From an uncultured Gammaproteobacteria bacterium (GTDB lineage: Bacteria; Patescibacteriota; Patescibacteriia; Magasanikbacterales; UBA922): DNA of 64,000 nt. Location of the stretch: contig CAZQXB010000001.1 of the NCBI GenBank assembly GCA_964597575.1, positions 842,892-906,891 on the forward strand. The letters run 5' to 3'. The translations under genes were made by a program, and so were the position numbers. The notes under the pieces were generated by a model that was given only the letters and a program-made list of their open reading frames with translations, had not been told where the DNA came from and searched no databases. Numbering within the stretch: position 1 is the stretch's first letter; every line of letters starts with the position of its first letter. Below, piece by piece: positions 26,051-35,020 of the stretch.

Positions 26051-26788
26051 TCAAATTGAATCTTTACTTTTTAGATATGTTTTTACTGATAGTTCTCTTT
26101 TTAATTCTAAATAAATTTTTTTATGAAGGATTTCTAAGTCCTTATGGGTGATAGCAAAATTATCTGTAAAAGAGAGTTTATTATATTTTTTATTTACTTC
26201 ACAAATTGAACCAAGAATAACTCTGGCAATCTCAGCTATAAAAAATAGATTCGTCCTCACTGTTTTTTCATCCCATTCGTCAAAAAAAGTCATACCGACC
26301 TTTCCATCCATTTTAAAATTTTGAAATGCATTACTAGCATTCGAATGCGAAAAGTTATCGTTCATATAGTCTTTTAATCTTTTTATTTGGCTACTTGCTT
26401 CAGGAAAGTTTAAAAATAACCACTTATACGCATCATCTTTTAGTTTTTTACTTCTAAAAAAGTCAGTCTTCTTATTCTTTTCTTCTGTAAAAACCTTAAC
26501 ATCGAATGACAGTAAATACAGAGCAATCGCCGCAGCTTCAAGCACCTGCCTTAAACACATAAATGATTGAACTTGATGTTTTCTTATAGAAGACAAAAAT
26601 GCAAGTCCTAAATGTTTTTGTATTTGAGAATAAAAAACAAAAAAGAAAAAACCGTCATGGTTTATAGGAGAAAAAGGTGTAGATAGAAATTCAAGCCATT
26701 GATAGGCATTATCATAAAACAGCCCGTTCTCCTGTTGTGCAATATCAGTAAGTCTGTTTTCAATTTCTATTATTTCTTCAAAATTCAT
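26051..26788 (-). CDS. Hypothetical alpha-helical protein (HEPN/DUF5677-like)
   Basis: LRQVLE and NFSH motifs; coupled to the DUF4238-like gene. Confidence 0.5.
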   Translation of the reverse strand: MNFEEIIEIENRLTDIAQQENGLFYDNAYQWLEFLSTPFSPINHDGFFFFVFYSQIQKHLGLAFLSSIRKHQVQSFMCLRQVLEAAAIALYLLSFDVKVFTEEKNKKTDFFRSKKLKDDAYKWLFLNFPEASSQIKRLKDYMNDNFSHSNASNAFQNFKMDGKVGMTFFDEWDEKTVRTNLFFIAEIARVILGSICEVNKKYNKLSFTDNFAITHKDLEILHKKIYLELKRELSVKTYLKSKDSI

Positions 26789-27774
26789 AACGGATAATTG
26801 TCAGGGCTTACTAAAGACAAAAAACGAAGCATTCGATCCAATTTTGTCATCGGCTTTTTTTTGATCTGTTCCTCAAATTCTTCTCGACGAGCCCCATAAG
26901 CTTCTTTCATCGAAAGATTGAGCCGTAAAGTGTTTATATCAAATACTTTTTTATCGTCAGCCCATTTTCTTTTCAACCTTTTACGAGAATGAGGGTAGAT
27001 AAACTCTATAACTACCTTTGGACCGAGGGCAAAATAATGTGTTCTCTCAAGGAAAGACGCACCATAAAAACCTGTTCTCTCTGGAATAAACTCAACAACT
27101 GGTGTATCAGAAGTAAAAAAATCAGACTCCCCTTTGGCGATATGAACCATCCAATTTTTTCCGTAGAATAGGTTGGCAAACCCCCTCATCTCACCTAACA
27201 AATTCAAATGGCTCGCGTTATTGAACTCTAAGCCATACTCTTCATTAATGAGCATTTGCTTATACGAATCTACATCTTCCAAGGAAATCTCTCTTTCACC
27301 GAGAGAGTCTACTTTTTCTTTCAGATCACTGGAGAATGTCTCCTGGCTCGCCCTGAATTTCATGCTGTGTTTATAGAACTCTTCATCCATTCTCTTTATC
27401 TGCCCCCTCATGTAACCTCCTCTCAAATAGAGCATGGAGGCAAGAGTGGCAATGGTATATCTTTCGCTTTCTGTAACAGACTCATAATGAAGTAGCTTTT
27501 GATAAATACCGTCTAATTTACCAGAGATGTCATCTTCGATCTGCCTAAAAAGCTCCTCTATAATCTGACTCACGTCATCGGGCACACCTGTGGTAACTGC
27601 ATAATAAAATTTTTCATAACAAACGCTAGCATAAGGTCTGAATGGCTCAATTCTTACTTTTTTGATATTCAAAACACTAACAAACCCCCTTTCATTGGCG
27701 AAACGTTTTGTGTAAAACTTTGGTACAAAGTGCTGCTTCTCTGTAATTGGCTTTTTAGCACTTATATTTGACAT
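26785..27774 (-). CDS. DUF4238-family protein
   Basis: QHFVPKFY..RF, IE..F..IE and FFTSDTPV motifs. Confidence 0.75.
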   Translation of the reverse strand: MSNISAKKPITEKQHFVPKFYTKRFANERGFVSVLNIKKVRIEPFRPYASVCYEKFYYAVTTGVPDDVSQIIEELFRQIEDDISGKLDGIYQKLLHYESVTESERYTIATLASMLYLRGGYMRGQIKRMDEEFYKHSMKFRASQETFSSDLKEKVDSLGEREISLEDVDSYKQMLINEEYGLEFNNASHLNLLGEMRGFANLFYGKNWMVHIAKGESDFFTSDTPVVEFIPERTGFYGASFLERTHYFALGPKVVIEFIYPHSRKRLKRKWADDKKVFDINTLRLNLSMKEAYGARREEFEEQIKKKPMTKLDRMLRFLSLVSPDNYPL

Positions 27775-27803
27775 ACCATACGGGCGACATAATAAAACAG
27801 AAA

Positions 27804-28067
27804 CTAGATAACGTCTTTATCTCGTGTGCAAAACATCTCCATAGGTAAATCCCCTTTATCAGGATACTGGGCAGTCATCCTATACTCTAAAATATTCTTT
27901 AAAGCAGAAATATCATTAAAAATTTTTGAAGCTTGTGCACCACATACACTTTTCGGCACATACTTACCTATAACCTTGCGAACCTGCCAATAACGCGTCT
28001 GTAAAGCTTTGAGTTCTGTGGCCATCTCCTTCCAATTCTCTATTGTGGGTTTTTCATATTTTGTCAT
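27804..28067 (-). CDS. Small hypothetical protein
   Basis: Start moved to MTKYEKPT; about 87 aa. Confidence 0.5.
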   Translation of the reverse strand: MTKYEKPTIENWKEMATELKALQTRYWQVRKVIGKYVPKSVCGAQASKIFNDISALKNILEYRMTAQYPDKGDLPMEMFCTRDKDVI

Positions 28068-28743
28068 AAGATATCTGTTATTTATAAAAATTTTTATAAG
28101 GTAAAAGTAGTATCTCACATAGTACAATAATCTGCTGGATGCCTGTGGTTAACTTTAAACGGGGCCACGTACAGCGAATTTTATGGCTAAAATTTTGACT
28201 GAGATAATCATAGCTCATACAACATCTTCCATTTGACCGCATGTAAACCCTGAGCCAGACAGTGTGAGCTGTTAAATTAAAGCGAAAAATAGCCACATTA
28301 TTATAGGAAAAATGAAAATTTGGTTTACAAAAAATCGCTAAATAATCCATTTTTATGCTTTTATACGTTGATTTTCTCTTTATTTTTGTATACATTTTTG
28401 ATTGTAACTTACAGTCTAGTTTTTGCGGGCGATAAATTCAACTCAAACACCCCCGCTTTTTCACGCAAAAACTGTGCAATAATTATTAATTACTTATAAA
28501 AAGTAGCGGAAATTATAGTGTTTTAATAGCTTAATTTAGCTTTTTTTTACAAAGTACAAGCTTAAGTTAATTTTTGCACCATTATTGCGAGTTATCTAAT
28601 TACTTTTTATATACTAAATTAATTAATAATTAATACAAAAAATGAATGTATGAACATTATGAATGTTATAAAGATAATTTGGGTACACAGAAATAGCCTT
28701 GTAACTGAGCAAAGAAAGTTATAATCCCCTCCCGTCGGTTCCG

Positions 28744-28930
28744 CTACATAAAAAGGAACCTCTCCATAGGGGTTCCTTTTTATGTAGTTGTGTTTTGATA
28801 GGATTTCGAACCGAAAGGGTTTGGGAAAACTGCTTGGCGGTTTTCTTAACCTTAGTTGGGGGAAGGTTGGGAAGGGGTGGAAACCCTTTCCCAGGAGGAG
28901 GGGCAGCGACGAGTGAGAAAAAAACCGTAC
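28744..28930 (+). repeat. tRNA-end-associated element, copy B (at the right end of the island)
   Basis: Hairpin 28744-28787; degenerate anti-T-arm GATAGGATTTCGAACC; core GGGGGAAGGTTGGGAAGGGGTGGAAACCCTTTCCC...GCGACGAGTGAG. Confidence 0.8.
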
Positions 28931-29025
28931 ACACTTTTGTGTGTACAGCCCCAGAGAGTCCATAGTCGGCGCTGCACAGCGCCATATCGCGGGTGGCGTC
29001 GAGAGGTGGACCACCGGCGGTGGAC

Positions 29026-29139
29026 TCATCGTCGAAGCCGTCGACGACCACATATATCAAGGACCACCATATACACATGGTACGTGATGCAAATCCCATC
29101 CATGATCCAACATATCGCCCAGAGGATGGTTTCTGCCAT
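29026..29139 (-). CDS. Putative 37-aa hydrophobic peptide with a basic tail
   Basis: SD GAAGGAGGG then ATG; MAETILWAICWIMDGICITYHVYMVVLDICGRRRLRR*. Confidence 0.4.
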   Translation of the reverse strand: MAETILWAICWIMDGICITYHVYMVVLDICGRRRLRR

Positions 29140-29274
29140 GACCCTCCTTCTCTACTCTCGACAAGCGTCTAGAATAGAGAAGGGTTTGCTATCAGAACGT
29201 ATTCAAGTTTCTCCACCTTCTTTTTTGAGGTATACTACATGTACACTTTCTTAATAAATTCCCTCAAAAAAAAT

Positions 29275-30486
29275 ATGAAAAAATACACCCTTCTCCTGCT
29301 TCTTACTTTCGTCATAGGCTTTTCTCCTGTCTCTGCGCTCGCTGCAGCATGGAAACCTACTCCTCCGGAGGGTTTTACCCCAATCACCTGGGTAGGTGCA
29401 AACGGCGTAGCGAGTTTCATGCGAGCACCGGAAAATGCGGGGTATATTGACTACGTTACCATCATTCATCTCCCCTCAACGCAGGTAAAATTGATGTCAT
29501 CAGATATACCGAGAATGATTACGAGCCCAGCCGTTGAACCATTTCCTCTTGAAACAGCACAAAACTGGCTATTTACCCGCTCGATTGTAGAAAAACTCAA
29601 GGCAGCAAACCCAGAAGTACGTTTCGTGTGGGACATGCCTTTTTTTAGTGTATCGGGCGACACCACGAACTTAAGCTTTGCGCTCAAATCGACTGATGCC
29701 ATGGGCCCGTACATTACGAGCGGGTATCGGCTACCCTCAGACATCGCAGCACCTCGACGCATGCTTATTGTCGACAATAGTGCTGGTACGGGAAAAATTG
29801 TCGATTTTAACGAGAGTGTTTTTATTGCAGAAGGTGATCAGGCGGTTGAGGGGTTTGCTCCATTTGCTATCCCTAGCGTCGCCTCGGTTCAAACCGCAAG
29901 ATTGTTTGTCGGCGTCCGAGGAGAAGGAAAAGAATTGGTTGTGTACTGCAGTCGAAGTGCGTCTCACGAAGAAGCCAGTAACGCCCTTATGGCTGCTGGG
30001 GTGCCTTTAGAGAATCAGCTTCAGGCGGATGGCGGAGGCAGTACTGCATGCGGATATAACTTACCCGGACAATATTTTGTTGAACCAGGCCGAGCACTTC
30101 CGCATATTATGGGTGCGACCCCGGTTGTTTTTCGCGGAACGATAACAATTGATGAACTTAATGTCCGAAGTGGTGCCAGCACAAATAGCAGCGTTGTGCG
30201 CAAACTTGCACTTGGCACGCCGATTACGGCCTATGAAGAAAAAAATGGTTGGTTCCGTATTGCTGTCGGCGAGTGGATCTCTGCAAAATATGTAAAAAAA
30301 TTAGTGGTGTTTCCCTACTCTGCCAGTGTTTCCATTGATGAATTAAATGTTCGTTCAGGTGCTGGCACCAATTTTCCTGCAGTGCGACGCTTGCCAATCG
30401 GGACCACCGTGAACGTGCTTGAAGAAAAAAATGGTTGGGCACGCATTTCTCTCGATGAATGGGTTTCGGCTAAATATATAAAGTAG
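29275..30486 (+). CDS. Secreted protein with a phosphodiester-glycosidase-like domain and two SH3b domains
   Basis: Signal peptide; ADGGGST motif; two LNVRSG...EEKNGW.RI repeats. Confidence 0.75.
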   Translation: MKKYTLLLLLTFVIGFSPVSALAAAWKPTPPEGFTPITWVGANGVASFMRAPENAGYIDYVTIIHLPSTQVKLMSSDIPRMITSPAVEPFPLETAQNWLFTRSIVEKLKAANPEVRFVWDMPFFSVSGDTTNLSFALKSTDAMGPYITSGYRLPSDIAAPRRMLIVDNSAGTGKIVDFNESVFIAEGDQAVEGFAPFAIPSVASVQTARLFVGVRGEGKELVVYCSRSASHEEASNALMAAGVPLENQLQADGGGSTACGYNLPGQYFVEPGRALPHIMGATPVVFRGTITIDELNVRSGASTNSSVVRKLALGTPITAYEEKNGWFRIAVGEWISAKYVKKLVVFPYSASVSIDELNVRSGAGTNFPAVRRLPIGTTVNVLEEKNGWARISLDEWVSAKYIK

Positions 30487-30498
30487 AACACTCTACCG

Positions 30499-30530
30499 TA
30501 AAATAACCTTCTGTGAAGAAGGTTATTTTA
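30499..30530. terminator. Bidirectional terminator
   Basis: TAAAATAACCTTC...GAAGGTTATTTTA between convergent genes. Confidence 0.7.
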
Positions 30531-30594
30531 TTTAATGGAAAACCGCTTATCACAAACCCGCTCTATCCGTATGGGGTGTGAAAAAAGTGGTTTT

Positions 30595-31809
30595 TTACAC
30601 AACCCTATTATTCTTACAAATATCTGCGTAGAACACCGATGAAGAACGTGGCTTTCGTTCAAACGTCTGAAAATCTACCTCATACAATCCAAATCGTGGA
30701 CGAAACCCCTCGGCCCATTCAAAGTTATCAATAAGCGACCAATGGAAGTAGCCTCGAACATCGGCCCCCTCTTCTATTGCCTTATGAATATTCGCAAGGG
30801 TTTCACGAATATACCATGAACGATGCTGATCTCCTTTATCAGCTAAACCATTCTCCGTAATGTAGACGGGTTTCTGAAATGAGTGTAATTCTTTGAGAGC
30901 ATGGTACATGCCTTCCGGATGCAAACCCCACCCGAGGTCAGAATTTTTTTCATACACATGTTTTTCTCCTCCAATACGGACCAGTGAGTGAAAATAGTAA
31001 TTAAGTCCGATAAAATCTGAGGTATCATGTATGGCGAGAAGAAACCGTCGATTCCACCACCAATCTGCCAACGATTTTGCAACACGATTAGGAAAATAAT
31101 TCTTATACGCCTCAAAATAGATATTATGTTTGGCAATTCCCACTTGGCTCTCAGGACTTATGCGTTTAATACTCGCATACGCTTCTTCGTGACATATCAT
31201 TAAGTGCCGAATCACTTTTATATACGAGAAAAAACTTTTCTTTTGTGGTGGCCACGCCCCCTTAAAATAACCCATCGAACTGTACACCATGGGCTCGTTT
31301 AACGTTATCCAAAAACGCACATCATCCTTGAGCGCGCTGACGACCTTTTCTGTACATCGTGTAAAATATTTGACCATTTCTTTCGATTCAAATCCCCCCT
31401 TGTCTCTCATCCACAGTGGAATTGGCCAATGCCACAGCGTTACAAACGGTTCAATGTGATGTGCACGGAGTTTACGAATAAAATTTTTATACGACTCTAT
31501 CGCGACCTCATTAAATTCCCCTTCACTAGGCTCTATACGAGACCAGTCAATGGAAAAACGATACGCATTCGCGTGTAAGTCAACCAAGCACTGTATATCA
31601 GCATTCTGTTCTAAAAAAGAATTTGCAGCGTGGCCTGAAATAAAGTCTTCAGGTGAAAGGTTTTTTTCTTTGAGCTCACGGAGGCGTTCTTCCGACTGCT
31701 CCCACGCTGACCAGTCATTCGTGAGTCCACCCTCAATCTGGTGCGCACTGGTTGCTGCACCCCAAAAAAATCCACGCGGAAAAGTATATTGTTTCAAGGC
31801 TTCGTGCAT
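30595..31809 (-). CDS. Glycoside hydrolase family 1 (beta-glucosidase)
   Basis: FFWGAATSAHQIEG, TLNEP, ITENG, DNFEW. Confidence 0.93.
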   Translation of the reverse strand: MHEALKQYTFPRGFFWGAATSAHQIEGGLTNDWSAWEQSEERLRELKEKNLSPEDFISGHAANSFLEQNADIQCLVDLHANAYRFSIDWSRIEPSEGEFNEVAIESYKNFIRKLRAHHIEPFVTLWHWPIPLWMRDKGGFESKEMVKYFTRCTEKVVSALKDDVRFWITLNEPMVYSSMGYFKGAWPPQKKSFFSYIKVIRHLMICHEEAYASIKRISPESQVGIAKHNIYFEAYKNYFPNRVAKSLADWWWNRRFLLAIHDTSDFIGLNYYFHSLVRIGGEKHVYEKNSDLGWGLHPEGMYHALKELHSFQKPVYITENGLADKGDQHRSWYIRETLANIHKAIEEGADVRGYFHWSLIDNFEWAEGFRPRFGLYEVDFQTFERKPRSSSVFYADICKNNRVV

Positions 31810-31851
31810 ACAAGAAGTAAGTCAGAAGACCCCTTTTTGAAGGGTCTTCTT

Positions 31852-34800
31852 TTATTCACCTGAGCACACTTCGTATCCGGTTGGAACATCGCATGGTGTT
31901 GGATAAAGCGTGCACTCTCCGCCACTGCGCGGTTTCGCATACGTTACAATCTGCACACACGTTCGTTTTTCACGGATATCCCACTGATTTATGGGCTTAT
32001 CTGGAGTACCTTCAAATTTTATGGTGGCCAAAATAGCGTCGAGCTGTGGGGCTGTGGCATTTATTTCCACAAACATATCCGGTAAATCCACCTCAACAAT
32101 TTGATATGGTGCACCGTCTTTTGGAGAAATATCCGTGTAGCGAGTAGCTTTATATTCACCGAGCATGAAATCTGTTTTTCCAGTCGTCTTGGCTGGGTGG
32201 CGAACCAGCTGCTCAAACACACTTACAAAATGTCCGGTTTTCGCATCACGCATCGTCATTCCACCTGGCCAATACTCTACGGCCCAGCCGCGAGGATGTT
32301 CCAAAGAAAAATTAGCAAATGTGGTTACTTTAATGCGTACCGGGTCTTTTCCCAAAGATGTTGCCTCACGCTCAACCTCTTTTGCCGCGTCCAAAGCTTG
32401 TTTTGCCTCTAGTCGTTCTCGAATAAGACCAGGCGCAACATCGGTTACTGGGGCATTTTGAAACGCATTTATTTGAGGGTTCACACAACCAGCCCCAAGA
32501 CCCATGACCGCCGCGGAAAGAAGCCCGACAACTGCGACCAACCCAAGGTATGCCGGATTCGTTTTATGCCCCGTTTTTCCCAGAGTATTCTCGACAAACG
32601 CAATGCGTTCACGAGTTTTTACAATGGTATCGGGATTTAAGGAAATACTATCAATGCCTTCGCGAACTAAAAATTCGGCAAATTCAGGATAGTCGCTCGG
32701 TGCTTGACCACAGATTCCGATTTTTTTCTTGTTCTTTTTGGCCACGCGAATCACTTGGCGAATGAGAGTTTTTACGGCTTCATTGCGTTCATTGTACACA
32801 TGGCTCACAAGTGCTGAATCCCGATCAACCCCAAGAGTAAGTTGTGTAAGATCATTTGACCCGATACTAAACCCATCAAAAATTGCTGCAAATTCTTCAG
32901 CTAAAATAACATTTGAAGGAATTTCGCACATGACGTAGACCTGCAAACCATTTTCCCCACGTTTGAGTCCGAATTCAGCCATGGTTTTAAGTACCTGCTC
33001 ACCTTCTTCTGGGGTGCGACAAAAAGGAACCATGGTAATAACATTTGTAAGACCCCAGTCATTTCGTACTTTTTTGATCGCCTCGCACTCGAGCGCAAAC
33101 CCTGGCTTATATTCTTTTGAGTAGTACCGACTTGCCCCACGCCAACCGATCATCGGGTTTTCTTCTTTTGGCTCAAATTCTTTTCCCCCAAGGAGCGTCG
33201 CGTACTCATTTGTTTTAAAATCAGAAAAACGAATGATGACGTCGTGTGGATAAAATGCTGCCGCAATACGCGCAATACCTTCTGCGAGCCTATCCACGCA
33301 GTAATCCGTTTTTTTCGCATACCCGCGAGTAATCTCGGCAATTTGTTTTTTCGCATTTTTGTCGGCCAAGGTATCGTAGTGAACCAACGCCAACGGATGA
33401 ATGCGAATAAAATTCGTAAAAATAAACTCTTCGCGAGCTAACCCGACGCCATCGCTTGGAAGACGGGCCAGGCTAAACGCATTATCAGGATCACCCACAT
33501 TCATCATGATCTTTGTCTTTGTGGGAACCCCTGGCTTAACGTCGGTTTTCTTCACTTCAAACGGAAGAATACCCGCGTAAATGACCCCTTCATCCCCTTC
33601 GGCACAGGAAATTGTTACCGGGCGGCCCGTTTTAAGAAGTCTTCTTGCGCCTCGTGCCCCAACAATGGCAGGTACACCAAGTTCACGCGAAACAATAGCC
33701 GCATGCGAGGTCTTTCCACCCTCTTCAGTCACAATCGCTGAAGCAATACGCATAATCGGTTCCCAATCTGGGTCAGTAATGCGCGTAACTAAAACTTCTC
33801 CTTTTTTGAAAGATTTCATTTGCGACGGGTGTTCGATAACCCGCACATGGCCTGCACCAATTTTTTGCCCAACCGAAACTCCTCGAAGTAAAATATTCCC
33901 CTTTTGTTTGAGTTCAAATGACTCAATCACTAAATTTCCTTCTGTTTTTGCCTTCACTGTCTCGGGTCGCGCCTGAACAATAAACAATTCCCCGGACTCA
34001 CCATCTTTGGCCCATTCAATATCTTGAGCTCGACCATAGTGATCCTCAATTTGCATTCCCCATTTTGCAAGAGACACCACATCAGCATCGCTAATCGAAA
34101 AAGCATTGCGTTCAGCCTTGCCAGTAGATGCCTGCTTTGTTCCTGATCCGCCTTTTGCGTAAATAAGCTTTGCATCTTTTGTTCCAAGGGTGCGGCTAAT
34201 AATGGCTTTTTTTCCTTGCTTTATCCCTTCTTTGAAGACATAAAATTGATCGGGAGTCACGCGCCCCTTCACCACATACTCCCCAAGACCGTAAGAGGCA
34301 TTGATAAGTACTACCCCAGCAAAACCAGATTCGGTATCGATCGTAAACATGACCCCTGAAGACCCAACGTCAGAGCGAACCATTTTTTGAACACCGACAG
34401 ACAGTGCCACATTTAAGTGGTCAAACCCCTGCGCCTCACGGTAAGAAAGAGCGCGATCCGTAAAGAGTGAGGCCACGCACTTTTTTACCGCCAGAAGGAG
34501 ATCCTTTTCTCCGCGGATATTGAGATACGTCTCTTGTTGACCAGCAAAACTTGCACCAGGTAAGTCTTCAGCTGTCGCAGAAGAACGGACAGCAACTGAA
34601 AGTCGAGCATCTTTATATTCCTTGCCGAGTGCTTTGTACGCCTCACCAATTGCTTTCTCTACTTCCTTTGGCAGACGTTCTTTTAAAATAAGAGTGCGTA
34701 CGATTTTACCCACCTTCGCAAGCATGCGAACATCGGACACATCAAGCCCTTTAATCGCTTGTTTAATTTTTTTATCGAGTCCGGTTTCTTTAAGAAAAAG

Positions 34801-34980
34801 CCAGTAAGCTTCAGCTGTTACAGCAAAACCATTCGGCACACGCACTCCTTTTTGCGTAAGCTTGGCATACATTTCTCCAAGCGACGCATTTTTGCCTCCG
34901 ACAAGCGGCACGTCTGCAATCGTAATATCTTTAAAAGGAAGGACCAAGGCTTTGGATTTTTCAGAAGAAGAAGTGCTCAT
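31852..34980 (-). CDS. ppsA: Phosphoenolpyruvate synthase with an unusual TM plus exported C-terminal extension
   Basis: VGGKNASLGEM, VRSSATAEDL, TSHAAIVSRELG, FSIGSNDLTQL, GICGQAPSD. Confidence 0.93.
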   Translation of the reverse strand: MSTSSSEKSKALVLPFKDITIADVPLVGGKNASLGEMYAKLTQKGVRVPNGFAVTAEAYWLFLKETGLDKKIKQAIKGLDVSDVRMLAKVGKIVRTLILKERLPKEVEKAIGEAYKALGKEYKDARLSVAVRSSATAEDLPGASFAGQQETYLNIRGEKDLLLAVKKCVASLFTDRALSYREAQGFDHLNVALSVGVQKMVRSDVGSSGVMFTIDTESGFAGVVLINASYGLGEYVVKGRVTPDQFYVFKEGIKQGKKAIISRTLGTKDAKLIYAKGGSGTKQASTGKAERNAFSISDADVVSLAKWGMQIEDHYGRAQDIEWAKDGESGELFIVQARPETVKAKTEGNLVIESFELKQKGNILLRGVSVGQKIGAGHVRVIEHPSQMKSFKKGEVLVTRITDPDWEPIMRIASAIVTEEGGKTSHAAIVSRELGVPAIVGARGARRLLKTGRPVTISCAEGDEGVIYAGILPFEVKKTDVKPGVPTKTKIMMNVGDPDNAFSLARLPSDGVGLAREEFIFTNFIRIHPLALVHYDTLADKNAKKQIAEITRGYAKKTDYCVDRLAEGIARIAAAFYPHDVIIRFSDFKTNEYATLLGGKEFEPKEENPMIGWRGASRYYSKEYKPGFALECEAIKKVRNDWGLTNVITMVPFCRTPEEGEQVLKTMAEFGLKRGENGLQVYVMCEIPSNVILAEEFAAIFDGFSIGSNDLTQLTLGVDRDSALVSHVYNERNEAVKTLIRQVIRVAKKNKKKIGICGQAPSDYPEFAEFLVREGIDSISLNPDTIVKTRERIAFVENTLGKTGHKTNPAYLGLVAVVGLLSAAVMGLGAGCVNPQINAFQNAPVTDVAPGLIRERLEAKQALDAAKEVEREATSLGKDPVRIKVTTFANFSLEHPRGWAVEYWPGGMTMRDAKTGHFVSVFEQLVRHPAKTTGKTDFMLGEYKATRYTDISPKDGAPYQIVEVDLPDMFVEINATAPQLDAILATIKFEGTPDKPINQWDIREKRTCVQIVTYAKPRSGGECTLYPTPCDVPTGYEVCSGE

Positions 34981-35020
34981 AGTTCAGAAACAGTATAGCA
35001 TATTTTTTCTCCTCTGCACA

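Larger units (their letters stand above)
16312..28744. mobile_element. Low-GC serine-recombinase integrative element (satellite/PICI-like) at tRNA-Asp
   Basis: Integrase abuts the tRNA; sharp GC drop; the right end carries a tRNA-Asp-like tail CCCGTCGGTTCCGC (28731-28744) followed by a displaced terminator. Confidence 0.85.

Noticed and set aside
16312-28744. Prophage or ICE
   Set aside because: No recognisable structural, packaging, lysis, relaxase or mating-pair genes.
29275-30486. SH3b-domain genes lie next to repeat copies B and C (also 59981..61057)
   Set aside because: Copy A has no such neighbour and the relative orientations differ, so this is probably coincidence.
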